From NCBI GenBank assembly GCA_963751275.1, contig CAVVTZ010000007.1, positions 672,001 through 736,000 of the forward strand: a stretch of 64,000 nucleotides of DNA. The letters run 5' to 3'. The position numbers and the translations under genes were made by a program. Of this stretch, positions 1-9,239 are shown in pieces (within the stretch, counting starts at the first letter, position 1; every line of letters begins with the position of its first letter). The notes beneath the pieces were generated by a model. It saw only the letters and a program-made list of their open reading frames with translations. It ran no database searches and was not told the origin of the DNA. The stretch comes from an uncultured Gemmatimonadaceae bacterium. Lineage in GTDB: Bacteria; Gemmatimonadota; Gemmatimonadetes; Gemmatimonadales; Gemmatimonadaceae.

Positions 1-273
1 GGCGCCCACGGTGAGCGTGTGCGTCGCGGCGTCGTAGTCCTTCTGCGTGCGGAAGATGTTCGCGTCGTAGCGCACGCTCAGATCGTAGAGCACGGCGGGA
101 TCGGCGGCGCGCAGGGTGAGCTTGCCCATTCCATAGCGCACGACCACGCGCAATGAATCATCGCGACCGAGCGGGCGCATCGCGGTGAGGGTGCGCCATG
201 TTTGCGCGGACGCGGGCGAGACAATTCCGCCCAGCACGAGCGCCGCGGCGAGGAAACTCCGGCGCGCGTTCAT
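1..273 (-). CDS. Secreted protein, LiaF/adhesin-like beta-rich (runs off window start)
   Basis: Own translation: ATG at 273 overlapping upstream stop (ATGA); MNARRSFLAAALVLGGIVSPASAQTWRTL... signal peptide; fourth gene of ECF operon; family guess only. Confidence 0.6.
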   Translation of the reverse strand, partial: MNARRSFLAAALVLGGIVSPASAQTWRTLTAMRPLGRDDSLRVVVRYGMGKLTLRAADPAVLYDLSVRYDANIFRTQKDYDAATHTLTVGA

Positions 274-1364
274 CGCTCGGCTCCCTTGCGCGGCGCGGGC
301 GTGGGGCGGCGCGCGGCGGTGACGCCGGTGACCGGCGTCGGCGTCTGCCATTCGTGTTCGGCGGTAGGAGCGGGCGCGATCTGCGCCGGTGCGGCGGCAC
401 CGGGCCGGGTGCCCGCGCGCGTCATGATCACGGCGCCGAGTCCGACGCTGACGGCGGTCCACGTCGCGAGCGAGCCAATGACGCGGAGCGCCACGCCCCA
501 GCCCGCGGCGTAGGGGAAGGCCGTGCCGGCCACCCAGAGCAGGAAGAAGAATGAGAGTCCGAAGAGCATCGGCTGCAGGCCGGCGAGGAAGCTGCGGTCG
601 CCGTTGCGTCCGCCGCTCACCGAGTAGCCGGCCGTCTGTGCGACGGAGAGGAAGCCGAGCGAGAGCGCGCCGGCGCCGGCGGCCACGAGTCCCACCGCGA
701 GGAAGGGGATCACGACGAGCCCGATCACCGTGATCGCGAGCGCGACCACGGCGAGCGTGAACGCGGGGATCACCGCCGCCTGCGCGAGCACACCGTACCA
801 GAACGCGCGCACCGGCTGCGTGCGCAGCGCGTCGGACACGGCGTCGAGCGGGCCGCGCGCGAGGAGCAGCACGCCCGCGCCGATCACCGCGAGCACGAGA
901 TACCAGCCCACCGAGAGCGAGATCGAGCGGCGCATCGCCTGCGCGGGGGTGAGGGGCGCCGGACGCGCCGAGCCGATGGTGGGCGCGCTGATCGTGCGCG
1001 TCTCGCCATTGATCGTGCCGCCTTCGTTGCGCACCGCACCGCCCACGGAGAGCGCGTCGCCCTTCACGCGGCCGCCCTTCGCGACGATCACGTCGCCGCC
1101 GATCGCGGCGACATTGCCGTCCACCGTGCCGCGGATCTCGAGCGGTCCGTTCCAGGTGGCGATGGTGCCGGTGATCTTCTCTTTCTCGCCGATCGTGCGC
1201 GGGCCGCTGGTGACCTCGGCGGGCAGGAGCTTCATGCCGTTCGGGTCCTGGCTGAGCGAGTCGAGCAGCGCCTGCCCGGGATTCACGGCGGTCTGCTGCG
1301 CGGCGGCGCTGCCGGCGGCGATCAACACGGCGGCGAGCGCCAACAGATTGCGGAGTGTGCGCAT
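270..1364 (-). CDS. Membrane protein with bactofilin/polymer-forming-like beta-helix repeats
   Basis: Start MRTLRNLLALAAV; repeats GTVDGNVAAIGGDV, VKGDALSVGGAV then several hydrophobic helices. Confidence 0.7.
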   Translation of the reverse strand: MRTLRNLLALAAVLIAAGSAAAQQTAVNPGQALLDSLSQDPNGMKLLPAEVTSGPRTIGEKEKITGTIATWNGPLEIRGTVDGNVAAIGGDVIVAKGGRVKGDALSVGGAVRNEGGTINGETRTISAPTIGSARPAPLTPAQAMRRSISLSVGWYLVLAVIGAGVLLLARGPLDAVSDALRTQPVRAFWYGVLAQAAVIPAFTLAVVALAITVIGLVVIPFLAVGLVAAGAGALSLGFLSVAQTAGYSVSGGRNGDRSFLAGLQPMLFGLSFFFLLWVAGTAFPYAAGWGVALRVIGSLATWTAVSVGLGAVIMTRAGTRPGAAAPAQIAPAPTAEHEWQTPTPVTGVTAARRPTPAPRKGAER

Positions 1365-1368
1365 GGGG

Positions 1369-1950
1369 CTACCGCGAGCGGGAGCGAACGGCGACGGCGC
1401 GCACCGTGCCCACCGCCGCGAGTCCCGTTGCCAGGACCACGCCGAAGAGCACCGCCACACCGATCCCGCCGCTCGCGTGGAACGCCTCGGCCGCACCGAC
1501 GCCCAGCACCGATGCCACGACGCTGGTGAGCGCGTTCATGGCGCCGGCACTCAGCCGGTCCCAGAGCATCTCGCCAACGAAGAGCACAGCGTCGAGGTGC
1601 ATGAGCCCCCAGACAGAGGCTGCCGTGACGAGGAGGGCCGCCGTGGCCAGGCCGCCGGTGGCGACCACGCGCCAGCCGCGCGTGCGGGGCACGAGGCCGC
1701 GCACCGTGTCGGCCAGCGCGACGTGCCAGGGCACGAAGAGCTGGACGCGCGACATCACCTTGTTCGCGAAATCAGGGGAGGGCGCCAGGTGCGGAATGTG
1801 CTCGAGGTCGCTCACCAGGAGGCGGGCGGTCTCGAGCTCGCGGCGGCACAGGTCACAACTCCGCACATGCGCCTTGAAGGGCGCCGTCTCGAAGCCGACT
1901 TCGCCGTCCAGCAGCTGGTCGATCTCGTCAGGAAGAAGGTGTCGTTCCAC
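1369..1950 (-). CDS. Zinc-finger (HxxxCxxC) membrane anti-sigma factor
   Basis: HVRSCDLC motif at N-terminus, TM segments after, directly downstream of ECF sigma. Confidence 0.85.
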   Translation of the reverse strand: MERHLLPDEIDQLLDGEVGFETAPFKAHVRSCDLCRRELETARLLVSDLEHIPHLAPSPDFANKVMSRVQLFVPWHVALADTVRGLVPRTRGWRVVATGGLATAALLVTAASVWGLMHLDAVLFVGEMLWDRLSAGAMNALTSVVASVLGVGAAEAFHASGGIGVAVLFGVVLATGLAAVGTVRAVAVRSRSR

Positions 1951-1959
1951 GGTTCCCTC

Positions 1960-1986
1960 TACGGCAGGAGGACAGGGTGAGTTTCA
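1960..1986 (-). promoter_or_regulatory. Putative ECF promoter TGAAAC-N17-CGTA before anti-sigma gene
   Basis: Minus-strand TGAAAC (1986-1981), 17 nt, CGTA (1963-1960); resembles SigW/SigM-type consensus. Confidence 0.55.
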
Positions 1987-2000
1987 GAGGCGGTTTCGGG

Positions 2001-2600
2001 TCAGCTTCGGAGGCCCCCAAGGGCCTCCCGGAGTTCGTGCCGGGCGCGGTGGATGTACGTTTTCACGGTTCCCAGAGGGAGATCGAGCGTGGCGGCGATC
2101 TCCTCGTAGGAGCGGTCCTCCACGTGGCGCAGGAGGATGCAGGCGCGGTATTCGGGGCGGAGCTTGGCGATCGCCTTTTCAATGGCGCCGCCCAGCTCCT
2201 TGGATTCCATTTCCTCGAGGGCGGTCTCGCCGCGGCTCTCGACATCGAACGCACTGGCCTCGGCTTCCGCGGCGGTGGCGGCGTGCGGAGAGCCGTCGAT
2301 GCTGATCGTTTTCAGCTGGCGTTTGCGGAGGAAATCGATCGTGAGATTGTTCGCGATCTTGAAGAGCCAGCTCGAGAACTTGAATTCGGGGCGGTAGCGG
2401 TCGATGTGATTCAGGACCTTGATGAAGGTCTCCTGCGCGAGGTCCTCGGCGGTCTCGCGGTCGCGCACCATGCGGAAGATCAACGAGAAGACGGGGCGCT
2501 CATACCTTCTCACCAGCTCTCTAAACGCAGGCTCGCGGCCCTCGCGCGCGAGAGCGGCGAGGTCGGCGTCGGGGAGATTGATGAGGTCGAGGGAGGCCAT
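2001..2600 (-). CDS. ECF RNA polymerase sigma factor (SigW/RpoE-like)
   Basis: AEDLAQETFIK, FSSWLFKIANN, SYEEIAATLDLPLGTVKTYIHRAR regions 2 and 4. Confidence 0.95.
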   Translation of the reverse strand: MASLDLINLPDADLAALAREGREPAFRELVRRYERPVFSLIFRMVRDRETAEDLAQETFIKVLNHIDRYRPEFKFSSWLFKIANNLTIDFLRKRQLKTISIDGSPHAATAAEAEASAFDVESRGETALEEMESKELGGAIEKAIAKLRPEYRACILLRHVEDRSYEEIAATLDLPLGTVKTYIHRARHELREALGGLRS

Positions 2601-2654
2601 TCGGCTCTCAAGTTACGCGCGAGAGGCGCGTGTGGCGACAAGTGCGGCTTGAGG

Positions 2655-2810
2655 GGCGCGTGTGGGGACTAGTACCGCTCGAGGAGCGCGTCTAGGAGGC
2701 AGCGTGTGGTACAGCTCGGCGGGAGTGGGGACGGCCCTACTCCCGCCGAGCTGTACCACACGCTGCCTCCTAGACGCGCGCCTCAAGTGGTACTAGTTGC
2801 CACACGCGCC
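2655..2810. repeat. Long intergenic inverted repeat (~156 bp hairpin)
   Basis: Perfect 41-bp arms 2686-2726/2739-2779, imperfect extension 2655-2684/2781-2810. Confidence 0.9.
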
Positions 2811-2831
2811 GTCGAGCGCGAGCTTTCGCGA

Positions 2832-3581
2832 ATGACGGTGCTGACTGAGGAGCAGCGGGAAGCAGTCGAGGCCGCGGAGGGCGGATCGTCGAAGCGCGCG
2901 TATGTGAAGCGCACGTTCGAAGAGATCGCGCCGCGGTACGATCTGCTCAATCATCTGCTGAGCGTGAATCTCGATCGCGGCTGGCGGCGTCTCGCGATCG
3001 AGGCGATGGCGATCGAGCGTGATCCCGCGGGCGCCTATCTCGACGTATGCGCGGGCACCATGGACGTGGGGGCGGAGATCGCGGCGCGCGCGGGGTTCCG
3101 CGGGAATGTGATCTGCGCCGACTTCGCGGAGCCGATGCTGCGAGGCGGGCTCGCGAAGACGGCGGGGCTCCCGGTGCGGGCGGTGGTGGCGGACGCGCTG
3201 CGGCTGCCAGTGCGAGATGGGACGGCGTCGGGGGCGATCGTCTCCTTCGGCGTGCGCAACTTCGACGACATCAATGCCGGGTTCCGTGAGCTCCGTCGGG
3301 TGCTCAAGTCCGGCGCGCGGCTCGTGGTGCTCGACTGCTCGCATCCGCCCAGCCGCATCGTGCGCGCGCTGTACGACGAATATTTCCAGAAGCTCCTGCC
3401 CTTCATCGGCCGCATGGTGAGCGGGCACAAGACGGCGTACAGCTACCTGCCGATGTCGGTGCAGCACTTCCCGAACGCCGACCAGCTCGCGGAGCAGATG
3501 CGCGGCGCGGGCTTCGCGAACGTGGCGTACCGGCGGCTCTCGATGGGCACGGTGGCGGTGCATTGGGGGGACGCCGCGTGA
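2832..3581 (+). CDS. ubiE: Demethylmenaquinone methyltransferase UbiE/MenG
   Basis: FEEIAPRYDLLNHLLS, LDVCAGTMD, FGVRN, AYSYLPMSV motifs; start chosen at ATG 2832. Confidence 0.9.
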   Translation: MTVLTEEQREAVEAAEGGSSKRAYVKRTFEEIAPRYDLLNHLLSVNLDRGWRRLAIEAMAIERDPAGAYLDVCAGTMDVGAEIAARAGFRGNVICADFAEPMLRGGLAKTAGLPVRAVVADALRLPVRDGTASGAIVSFGVRNFDDINAGFRELRRVLKSGARLVVLDCSHPPSRIVRALYDEYFQKLLPFIGRMVSGHKTAYSYLPMSVQHFPNADQLAEQMRGAGFANVAYRRLSMGTVAVHWGDAA

Positions 3582-5068
3582 GCCTCGACACGATGCAGGA
3601 ATTCATCGCGGCCATCGATGCGGCCGGCGAACTGGTGCGGATCGCGCAGCCGGTGCGCGCGAAGCTCGAGATCACGGAGATCGCGGACCGCGCCATGAAG
3701 ATGCCCGGTGGCGGGCCGGCGCTGCTCTTCGAGCACGTGCTGCTCGACGACGGCTCGCGCTCGGAATTCCCGGTGGCGATCAATCTCTTCGGCAGCATGA
3801 CGCGCATGGCGCTCGCGCTGGGCACCGACGACCTCGACAAGATCGGCGGGCGGATCACCGAGCTGCTCGAGATGAAAGTGCCCGAGGGGATCCTCGCGAA
3901 ATTGTCGCTGCTGCCGCGGCTGCTGGAGGTGGGGAAATTCCCGCCGCGCGTGCACGGCGGGAAGCCGGCGTGCCAGGAAGTGGTGTGGCGCGGCGCCGAG
4001 ATCGATCTCACGAAGCTGCCGATCATCACCTGCTGGCCCAAGGACGGCGGCGCGTACATCACGCTGCCGATGGTGATCTCGAAGGATCCCAAGCGCGGCA
4101 TCCGGAACGTTGGGATGTACCGCGTGCAGGTGATCGGGAAGAACCGTCTCGCGATGCACTGGCAGCGGCACAAGGTGGGCGCGGCGCACTGGCGCGAGAT
4201 GGCAGAGCGCGGGGAGAAGATGCCGGTGTGCATCGTGATCGGCGCGGACCCGGCGTCGGTCTATTCCGCGTCGGCGCCGCTGCCGCCCACGGTGGACGAA
4301 TTCCTCTTCGCGGGATTCCTGCGGAAGAGCCCGGTGTCGCTCGCGAAGGCGCTCACCTGCGATCTGGAAGTGCCCACCGACGCGGAGTTCGTGATCGAGG
4401 GAGAGATCGATCCGCGCGAAGCGCTCGTGACCGAGGGGCCGTTCGGTGACCACACGGGATTCTATTCGCTCGCGGATCTCTATCCGGCGGTGAACGTCAC
4501 GGCGATCACGATGCGGAAGAAGCCGGTGTACCCGACGACGATCGTCGGCCGTCCGCCCATGGAGGATTATTACCTCGGCTATGCGACGGAGCGCATTTTT
4601 CTCCCACTGCTCCGTTTGACGGTGCCGGAGATCGTGGACTATCACATGCCCGCCGAGGGGATCTTCCACAATCTCGTGTTCGTGTCGATCGACAAGCAGT
4701 TCCCGGGGCAGGCGTACAAGGTGATGAACGCGATGTGGGGCGCGGGGCTGATGTCGCTCGCGAAGGTGCTGGTCGTGGTGGACAAGTGGGTGAACGTGCG
4801 CGACGAGAAGGAGGCGTGGTGGGTGGCGCTGAACAACATCGACCCGCAGCGCGACGCGCGCTTCTCGATGGGTCCGATCGACGTGCTCGATCATTCGAGC
4901 CGTGCGTTCACGTTCGGATCGAAGATCGGCTTCGACGCGACGCAGAAGTGGCCGGAGGAGGGGTTCGCGCGCGAGTGGCCGGAGGTGATGGAGATGGACG
5001 ACACGACAAAAAGACGCGTTGATAGCGTCTGGGCACAGATGGGGATCGGCGCGCGGAAGGACCTATGA
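3578..5068 (+). CDS. ubiD: UbiD-family menaquinone biosynthesis decarboxylase
   Basis: RNVGMYR, EGPFGDHTGFY, GRPPMED, KIGFDAT; GTG overlapping upstream stop. Confidence 0.92.
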   Translation: MSLDTMQEFIAAIDAAGELVRIAQPVRAKLEITEIADRAMKMPGGGPALLFEHVLLDDGSRSEFPVAINLFGSMTRMALALGTDDLDKIGGRITELLEMKVPEGILAKLSLLPRLLEVGKFPPRVHGGKPACQEVVWRGAEIDLTKLPIITCWPKDGGAYITLPMVISKDPKRGIRNVGMYRVQVIGKNRLAMHWQRHKVGAAHWREMAERGEKMPVCIVIGADPASVYSASAPLPPTVDEFLFAGFLRKSPVSLAKALTCDLEVPTDAEFVIEGEIDPREALVTEGPFGDHTGFYSLADLYPAVNVTAITMRKKPVYPTTIVGRPPMEDYYLGYATERIFLPLLRLTVPEIVDYHMPAEGIFHNLVFVSIDKQFPGQAYKVMNAMWGAGLMSLAKVLVVVDKWVNVRDEKEAWWVALNNIDPQRDARFSMGPIDVLDHSSRAFTFGSKIGFDATQKWPEEGFAREWPEVMEMDDTTKRRVDSVWAQMGIGARKDL

Positions 5069-5961
5069 CGCGGGAAGGGCAGACCTTCGCTTCCAGCTCC
5101 CAATGGGTGAATTACGTCAACTTCGTGAAGCTGCCGCACACGCTCTTCGCGCTGCCGTTCGCGCTGGTGGGCGTCGTGATCGCGAGCGCGGTACAGCCGG
5201 TGCACTGGGTGACGGTGGGGTGGGTAGCGGTGGCGTTCACGGCGGCGCGCTTCGCGGCGATGGGGTTCAATCGCATCGCCGACCGCGAGATCGACGCGCT
5301 GAATCCGCGCACGGCGCAGCGGGAGATCCCGGCGGGGCTCATTCCGCTCGCGGAGGCGGTGGCCGCGGTAGTGCTGGCGTCGGTGGTCTTCATCGGCGCG
5401 GCGTGGGAGCTGAATCCGATCTGCTTCGGGCTCGCGCCGGTCGCGCTCATGTGGGTGTTCTTCTACAGCTATACGAAGCGCTTCACCAAGCTCGCGCACT
5501 TCGTGCTCGGCCTCGGACTCGGCATCGCGCCGGTGGGCGGCTACCTCGCCGTGACCGGCGCGTGGAGCAATCCGTGGTGGGTGCTCGTGATGCTCGCGAC
5601 CGCCGTCACGACCTGGGTGGGCGGCTTCGACATTCTATATTCGCTGCAGGACATCGAGTTCGATCGCGCACAGGCGCTGCATTCCATTCCGGCCGGACTC
5701 GGCGAGGCGCGCGGGATCACGATCGCGCGCGCGATGCACGCGTGCACCGTGGTGTCGCTCGCGCTGGTCGGTGCCGGCACCGGAGCGGGAGCTATCTACG
5801 CGGCAGGTGTGGTAGTGGTGGCGGGGCTGCTGCTGTACGAACACTCGCTCGTGCGCCCGGGCGATCTCTCGCGGCTCGACGCGGCGTTCTTCACGATGAA
5901 CGGCGTGATCAGTCTCACCTTCTTCGGCTTCGTGCTCGCCGAGCGGATGCTGCGGCGATGA
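5065..5961 (+). CDS. ubiA: UbiA-family prenyltransferase (MqnP-like)
   Basis: NRIADREIDALNPRT, YSYTKRFT, GFDILYSLQD; multi-TM. Confidence 0.9.
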   Translation: MTREGQTFASSSQWVNYVNFVKLPHTLFALPFALVGVVIASAVQPVHWVTVGWVAVAFTAARFAAMGFNRIADREIDALNPRTAQREIPAGLIPLAEAVAAVVLASVVFIGAAWELNPICFGLAPVALMWVFFYSYTKRFTKLAHFVLGLGLGIAPVGGYLAVTGAWSNPWWVLVMLATAVTTWVGGFDILYSLQDIEFDRAQALHSIPAGLGEARGITIARAMHACTVVSLALVGAGTGAGAIYAAGVVVVAGLLLYEHSLVRPGDLSRLDAAFFTMNGVISLTFFGFVLAERMLRR

Positions 5962-6563
5962 CCGCCAAGCTTCCGCTGGTGATGGCGGTGACGGGTGCGT
6001 CGGGGGCGCCGTACGCGGTGCGGCTGCTCGAGCAGCTCGTGCGCGCGCAGCAGCCGGTGCAGCTGATCGTGAGCTCGCACGGGTGGCGGCTGCTCGACAC
6101 CGAGACCGGCATCAAGGATATCGCGGCGCTGCAGGCGGCGAGTGGCGGCAAGGCATGGAAGGGCGTCGTCTCGGTGTTCGACGACAACGACCGCGGCGCT
6201 GCGCCGGCGAGCGGCTCGGCGCGGAACTTGGGTATGGTGATCTGTCCCTGCAGCATGGGTACGCTCGCGGCGGTGGCGGCGGGCACGTCGCGCTCGCTCG
6301 TGGAGCGCGCGGCGGATGTGGCGCTCAAGGAGCGCCGGAAGCTCGTGATGGTGACGCGCGAGACGCCGCTGTCGGCCATCCACCTGGAGAACATGCTGCG
6401 GGTGACGAACGCGGGGGCGGTGGTGATGCCGGCGGCGCCGGGGTTCTATCACCGGCCTGCAGCGCTGAGCGATCTCGTGGACTTCATCGTCGCCCGCGTG
6501 CTCGACCATCTCGGCGTGGAGCACAGTCTGGGACGCCGGTGGAGCGGATCGTCGTCGGACTGA
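5958..6563 (+). CDS. ubiX: Flavin prenyltransferase UbiX
   Basis: VTGASGAPY, PCSMGTL, RAADVALKERR, RETPL, PGFYH. Confidence 0.93.
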   Translation: MTAKLPLVMAVTGASGAPYAVRLLEQLVRAQQPVQLIVSSHGWRLLDTETGIKDIAALQAASGGKAWKGVVSVFDDNDRGAAPASGSARNLGMVICPCSMGTLAAVAAGTSRSLVERAADVALKERRKLVMVTRETPLSAIHLENMLRVTNAGAVVMPAAPGFYHRPAALSDLVDFIVARVLDHLGVEHSLGRRWSGSSSD

Positions 6564-7015
6564 TCAGCGACACGCACGGGCTGCTGCGGGCCGACGTGCA
6601 CGACGCGTTCGCGGGCGTGGATCTCATCCTCCACGCGGGCGACGTAGGGCCGCAATCGATACTCGACGAATTGGCGCTCATCGCGCCGGTGACCGCGGTG
6701 CGCGGGAACACCGATGCGCCGGGGAATCCGGGGCTCTCCGACCGGATCGACCGAACTCTTGGCGGGGTACGAATCCATGTGAGCCACGGGCACGAGTTGG
6801 GGAGCCCGACGCTGCCCAGGCTGCTCGCGGCGTACGACGCGGACGTGATCGTGTACGGTCACACGCACCGGCAGTTCATCGGGCGCGGGAATGGCCGCCT
6901 GGTGGTCAACCCGGGGGCGGCCGGGGCGCGGCGGTTCGACCTCTTGCCGAGCGTGGCGCGGCTGACGATTGTGGAGGGCGTCGTGAGCGCGGAGATCGTC
7001 GCTTTGGCGCCGTGA
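6539..7015 (+). CDS. YfcE/MJ0936-type metallophosphoesterase
   Basis: ISDTHG, HAGDV, VRGNTD, HGH, YGHTH, NPG motifs. Confidence 0.9.
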   Translation: MERIVVGLISDTHGLLRADVHDAFAGVDLILHAGDVGPQSILDELALIAPVTAVRGNTDAPGNPGLSDRIDRTLGGVRIHVSHGHELGSPTLPRLLAAYDADVIVYGHTHRQFIGRGNGRLVVNPGAAGARRFDLLPSVARLTIVEGVVSAEIVALAP

Positions 7016-7052
7016 GAGATGTTCCGTCCAACGCCGAACTGGTCATCGAGCC

Positions 7053-7235
7053 ATGAAAGCAATGAAGGAAGGCACGCTCATCGCAATTTCTCTCGCGCTG
7101 ATGACCATCGGCGGCGTGGTCATCAAGCGGTCGGAGTTCACCGGCAGTCTTGTGATGGTGTTCGGTATCGCGATGGTCATCTTCGTGCTCCTCTTGCGGC
7201 GCGGTCGATCTGCCTCGGCGGGGTCGGGGCGATGA
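7053..7235 (+). CDS. Small two-TM hypothetical protein
   Basis: 60 aa, two hydrophobic stretches, stop overlaps next ATG. Confidence 0.5.
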   Translation: MKAMKEGTLIAISLALMTIGGVVIKRSEFTGSLVMVFGIAMVIFVLLLRRGRSASAGSGR

Positions 7236-8041
7236 TGCGGCGGAGGGCAACGAGCCAATTGGCCGTTGGCGTGCTGTTGAGCGTTGCGATGCTCGGCGGC
7301 CGTGCAGTGTCGCAGGACAGTCTTTCGCGCGACGTGAAGCTGACGTCGGGCGCGGTGATCACGCGCAGGTGTGCCAAATGGGAGAGCGAGGGGATCCTGA
7401 TCCTCACGGCGGATCCGCGCAGGACCAGCACGGATGCGGAGGGCTATCTCGCGCAGCTCGCGACGGAGATGGAGCGGCGGCTCACGCACGTGGTGAAGGA
7501 CAGCGTGGCGCTGACGGCGACCTTCGCGGGGCGCGTGATGCGCAACGGGTCGGTGAGCGGTGTGCGATTGATGAAGGGGTCGGGGCGCTCCGGCTTCGAC
7601 ATGGATGCGCAGCGTGCATTGACCTTCCCGCCGAGCGATGCGCTGCTCGCGCCGATGCCGGAGGGAGTGCCGGATTCGCTGAACGTGTTCATCTCGATCG
7701 GGCGGCAGCAGGATGGGAGCAAGTTCCTGGTGCCGCACGAGTCGTGTGCGGCGGTGCCGTATCCGGACAATCCGAAGCCGGTCTATCCGATCGAGGCAAC
7801 GATCTCGCGCACGCGCACGGTGATCCATACGTCGTTCGTCGTGGATACGACGGGCATGGTGGACACCACGAGCATTCGCGTGCTCACCGAGACGACGGAT
7901 GCGTTCGGCGATGCGACGCTGGATTATCTCGCGACGCTGCGATACCTGCCGGCGGAGTTCGACGGGCAGAAGGAGCGGCAGGAGGTGTTCAAGGACGTGG
8001 AGTTCTTCATACCGGAGCAGAGCGGGGACGGGAACTTCTAA
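7232..8041 (+). CDS. Exported protein with TonB C-terminal-like domains
   Basis: Signal peptide; GSVSGVRLMKGSGRSGFD and PKPVYP..FVVDTTGMV..LRYLPAEFDGQ segments. Confidence 0.7.
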   Translation: MMRRRATSQLAVGVLLSVAMLGGRAVSQDSLSRDVKLTSGAVITRRCAKWESEGILILTADPRRTSTDAEGYLAQLATEMERRLTHVVKDSVALTATFAGRVMRNGSVSGVRLMKGSGRSGFDMDAQRALTFPPSDALLAPMPEGVPDSLNVFISIGRQQDGSKFLVPHESCAAVPYPDNPKPVYPIEATISRTRTVIHTSFVVDTTGMVDTTSIRVLTETTDAFGDATLDYLATLRYLPAEFDGQKERQEVFKDVEFFIPEQSGDGNF

Positions 8042-8075
8042 CAGCGCGTCTTGCGGATGGCGTATGGTACGCCAA

Positions 8076-9239
8076 CTACGCGATCCGCTCTTCGATCGCG
8101 TGAGCCTCGGGGACGACGCGCACTTTCCGGGAACGGGGAGCCTTCGCTGGCGTGGTGCGGTCCATCTCCGCGGGGTGCGTGCGGAACCACCAGCTCAACA
8201 ACAACAACTCGTCGATCTCGTGGGTGGGCAGCCGCGCGCCTTCGGCTTCGCGCGTGCCGAAGACTTCCTCCATCACGAGCGCGTGGTGGCGCTTCTCCTT
8301 CGCGCTCACCGGCGGCGCGCCCTCGGCCCGCACGCGCCCGCGGCGGATGAGATAGACGCGGTCCTCGCCGTTCCAGCCGGGGACGTTATAGGAGAAGGAC
8401 AACGACTCCACCGCGAAGCGCAGCCGCTCGAACTGGTCGCGCAGCGCTTCGAGCCGTTCGAGCTTGTCGCGCATGGCCGCGGCGCGCTCGTATTCCATTT
8501 CGGCGCTGGCGCGGAGCATTTCGAGCCGCAGTGAATCGAGCGGCGTGTCGTCGGCGCCGTCGAGGAACGCCTTCGCGAGCGCGACACGCTCATCGTACTG
8601 GCTTTCGGTGCACGCGGCGACGCAGGGGCCGAGGCATTTGCGCACTTCGTAGCGGATGCAGCCTGGGGTGCGGGGCGTGAGCGAGAACAACTCCGCCTGG
8701 TCGGCGAATCGCATGCGCGAATCGAGGGTGCAGTCGCGCAGGCCGAGTACGTCGGAGAGCTCGCGCACGCTCTCGCCCACGTGGCGCGCGCCCTGGAAGG
8801 GGCCGTAGTACGTCGCGCGATCGTCGCTCGCGCCGCGCACGACCATGAGGCGCGGAGCCGGCGGGCGCGAGAGCTTGATGAACGCGAAGTGCCGCGCGTC
8901 GCGCTTGAGCATGAAATTGAATCGCGGCCGGAGCCGCTTCACCTGCTGCAGCTCGAGCAGCAGCGCGGCGAATTCGCTCGGCACGTAATCCCAGTCGATG
9001 CGCGCGGCCTCGCGCACGAGGCGCGCGCCCTTCTCTTCGGGGAAGGGGAGCCGGAAATAGCTCAGCAGCCGCGAGCGCACCTTCTTGGATTTCCCCACGT
9101 ACAGCACTTCGCCGTCGTCCGTGTGCATGCGGTAGACGCCGGGACGGTCCTCCGCGTTCGCGCGCACGTGCGCCTTGAGCTTCGCGACGTTGGCCGCGTG
9201 CGACGCGGCCTCGAGCTGGCGTTCGGCGCGCTTGCTCAC
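8076..9239 (-). CDS. Cho/UvrC-N-terminal-like GIY-YIG nuclease with UVR domain
   Basis: PGVYRM..VLYVGKS, Cys cluster CIRYEVRKCLGPC, MEYERAAAMRD; lacks UvrC C-terminal half. Confidence 0.85.
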   Translation of the reverse strand: MSKRAERQLEAASHAANVAKLKAHVRANAEDRPGVYRMHTDDGEVLYVGKSKKVRSRLLSYFRLPFPEEKGARLVREAARIDWDYVPSEFAALLLELQQVKRLRPRFNFMLKRDARHFAFIKLSRPPAPRLMVVRGASDDRATYYGPFQGARHVGESVRELSDVLGLRDCTLDSRMRFADQAELFSLTPRTPGCIRYEVRKCLGPCVAACTESQYDERVALAKAFLDGADDTPLDSLRLEMLRASAEMEYERAAAMRDKLERLEALRDQFERLRFAVESLSFSYNVPGWNGEDRVYLIRRGRVRAEGAPPVSAKEKRHHALVMEEVFGTREAEGARLPTHEIDELLLLSWWFRTHPAEMDRTTPAKAPRSRKVRVVPEAHAIEERIA

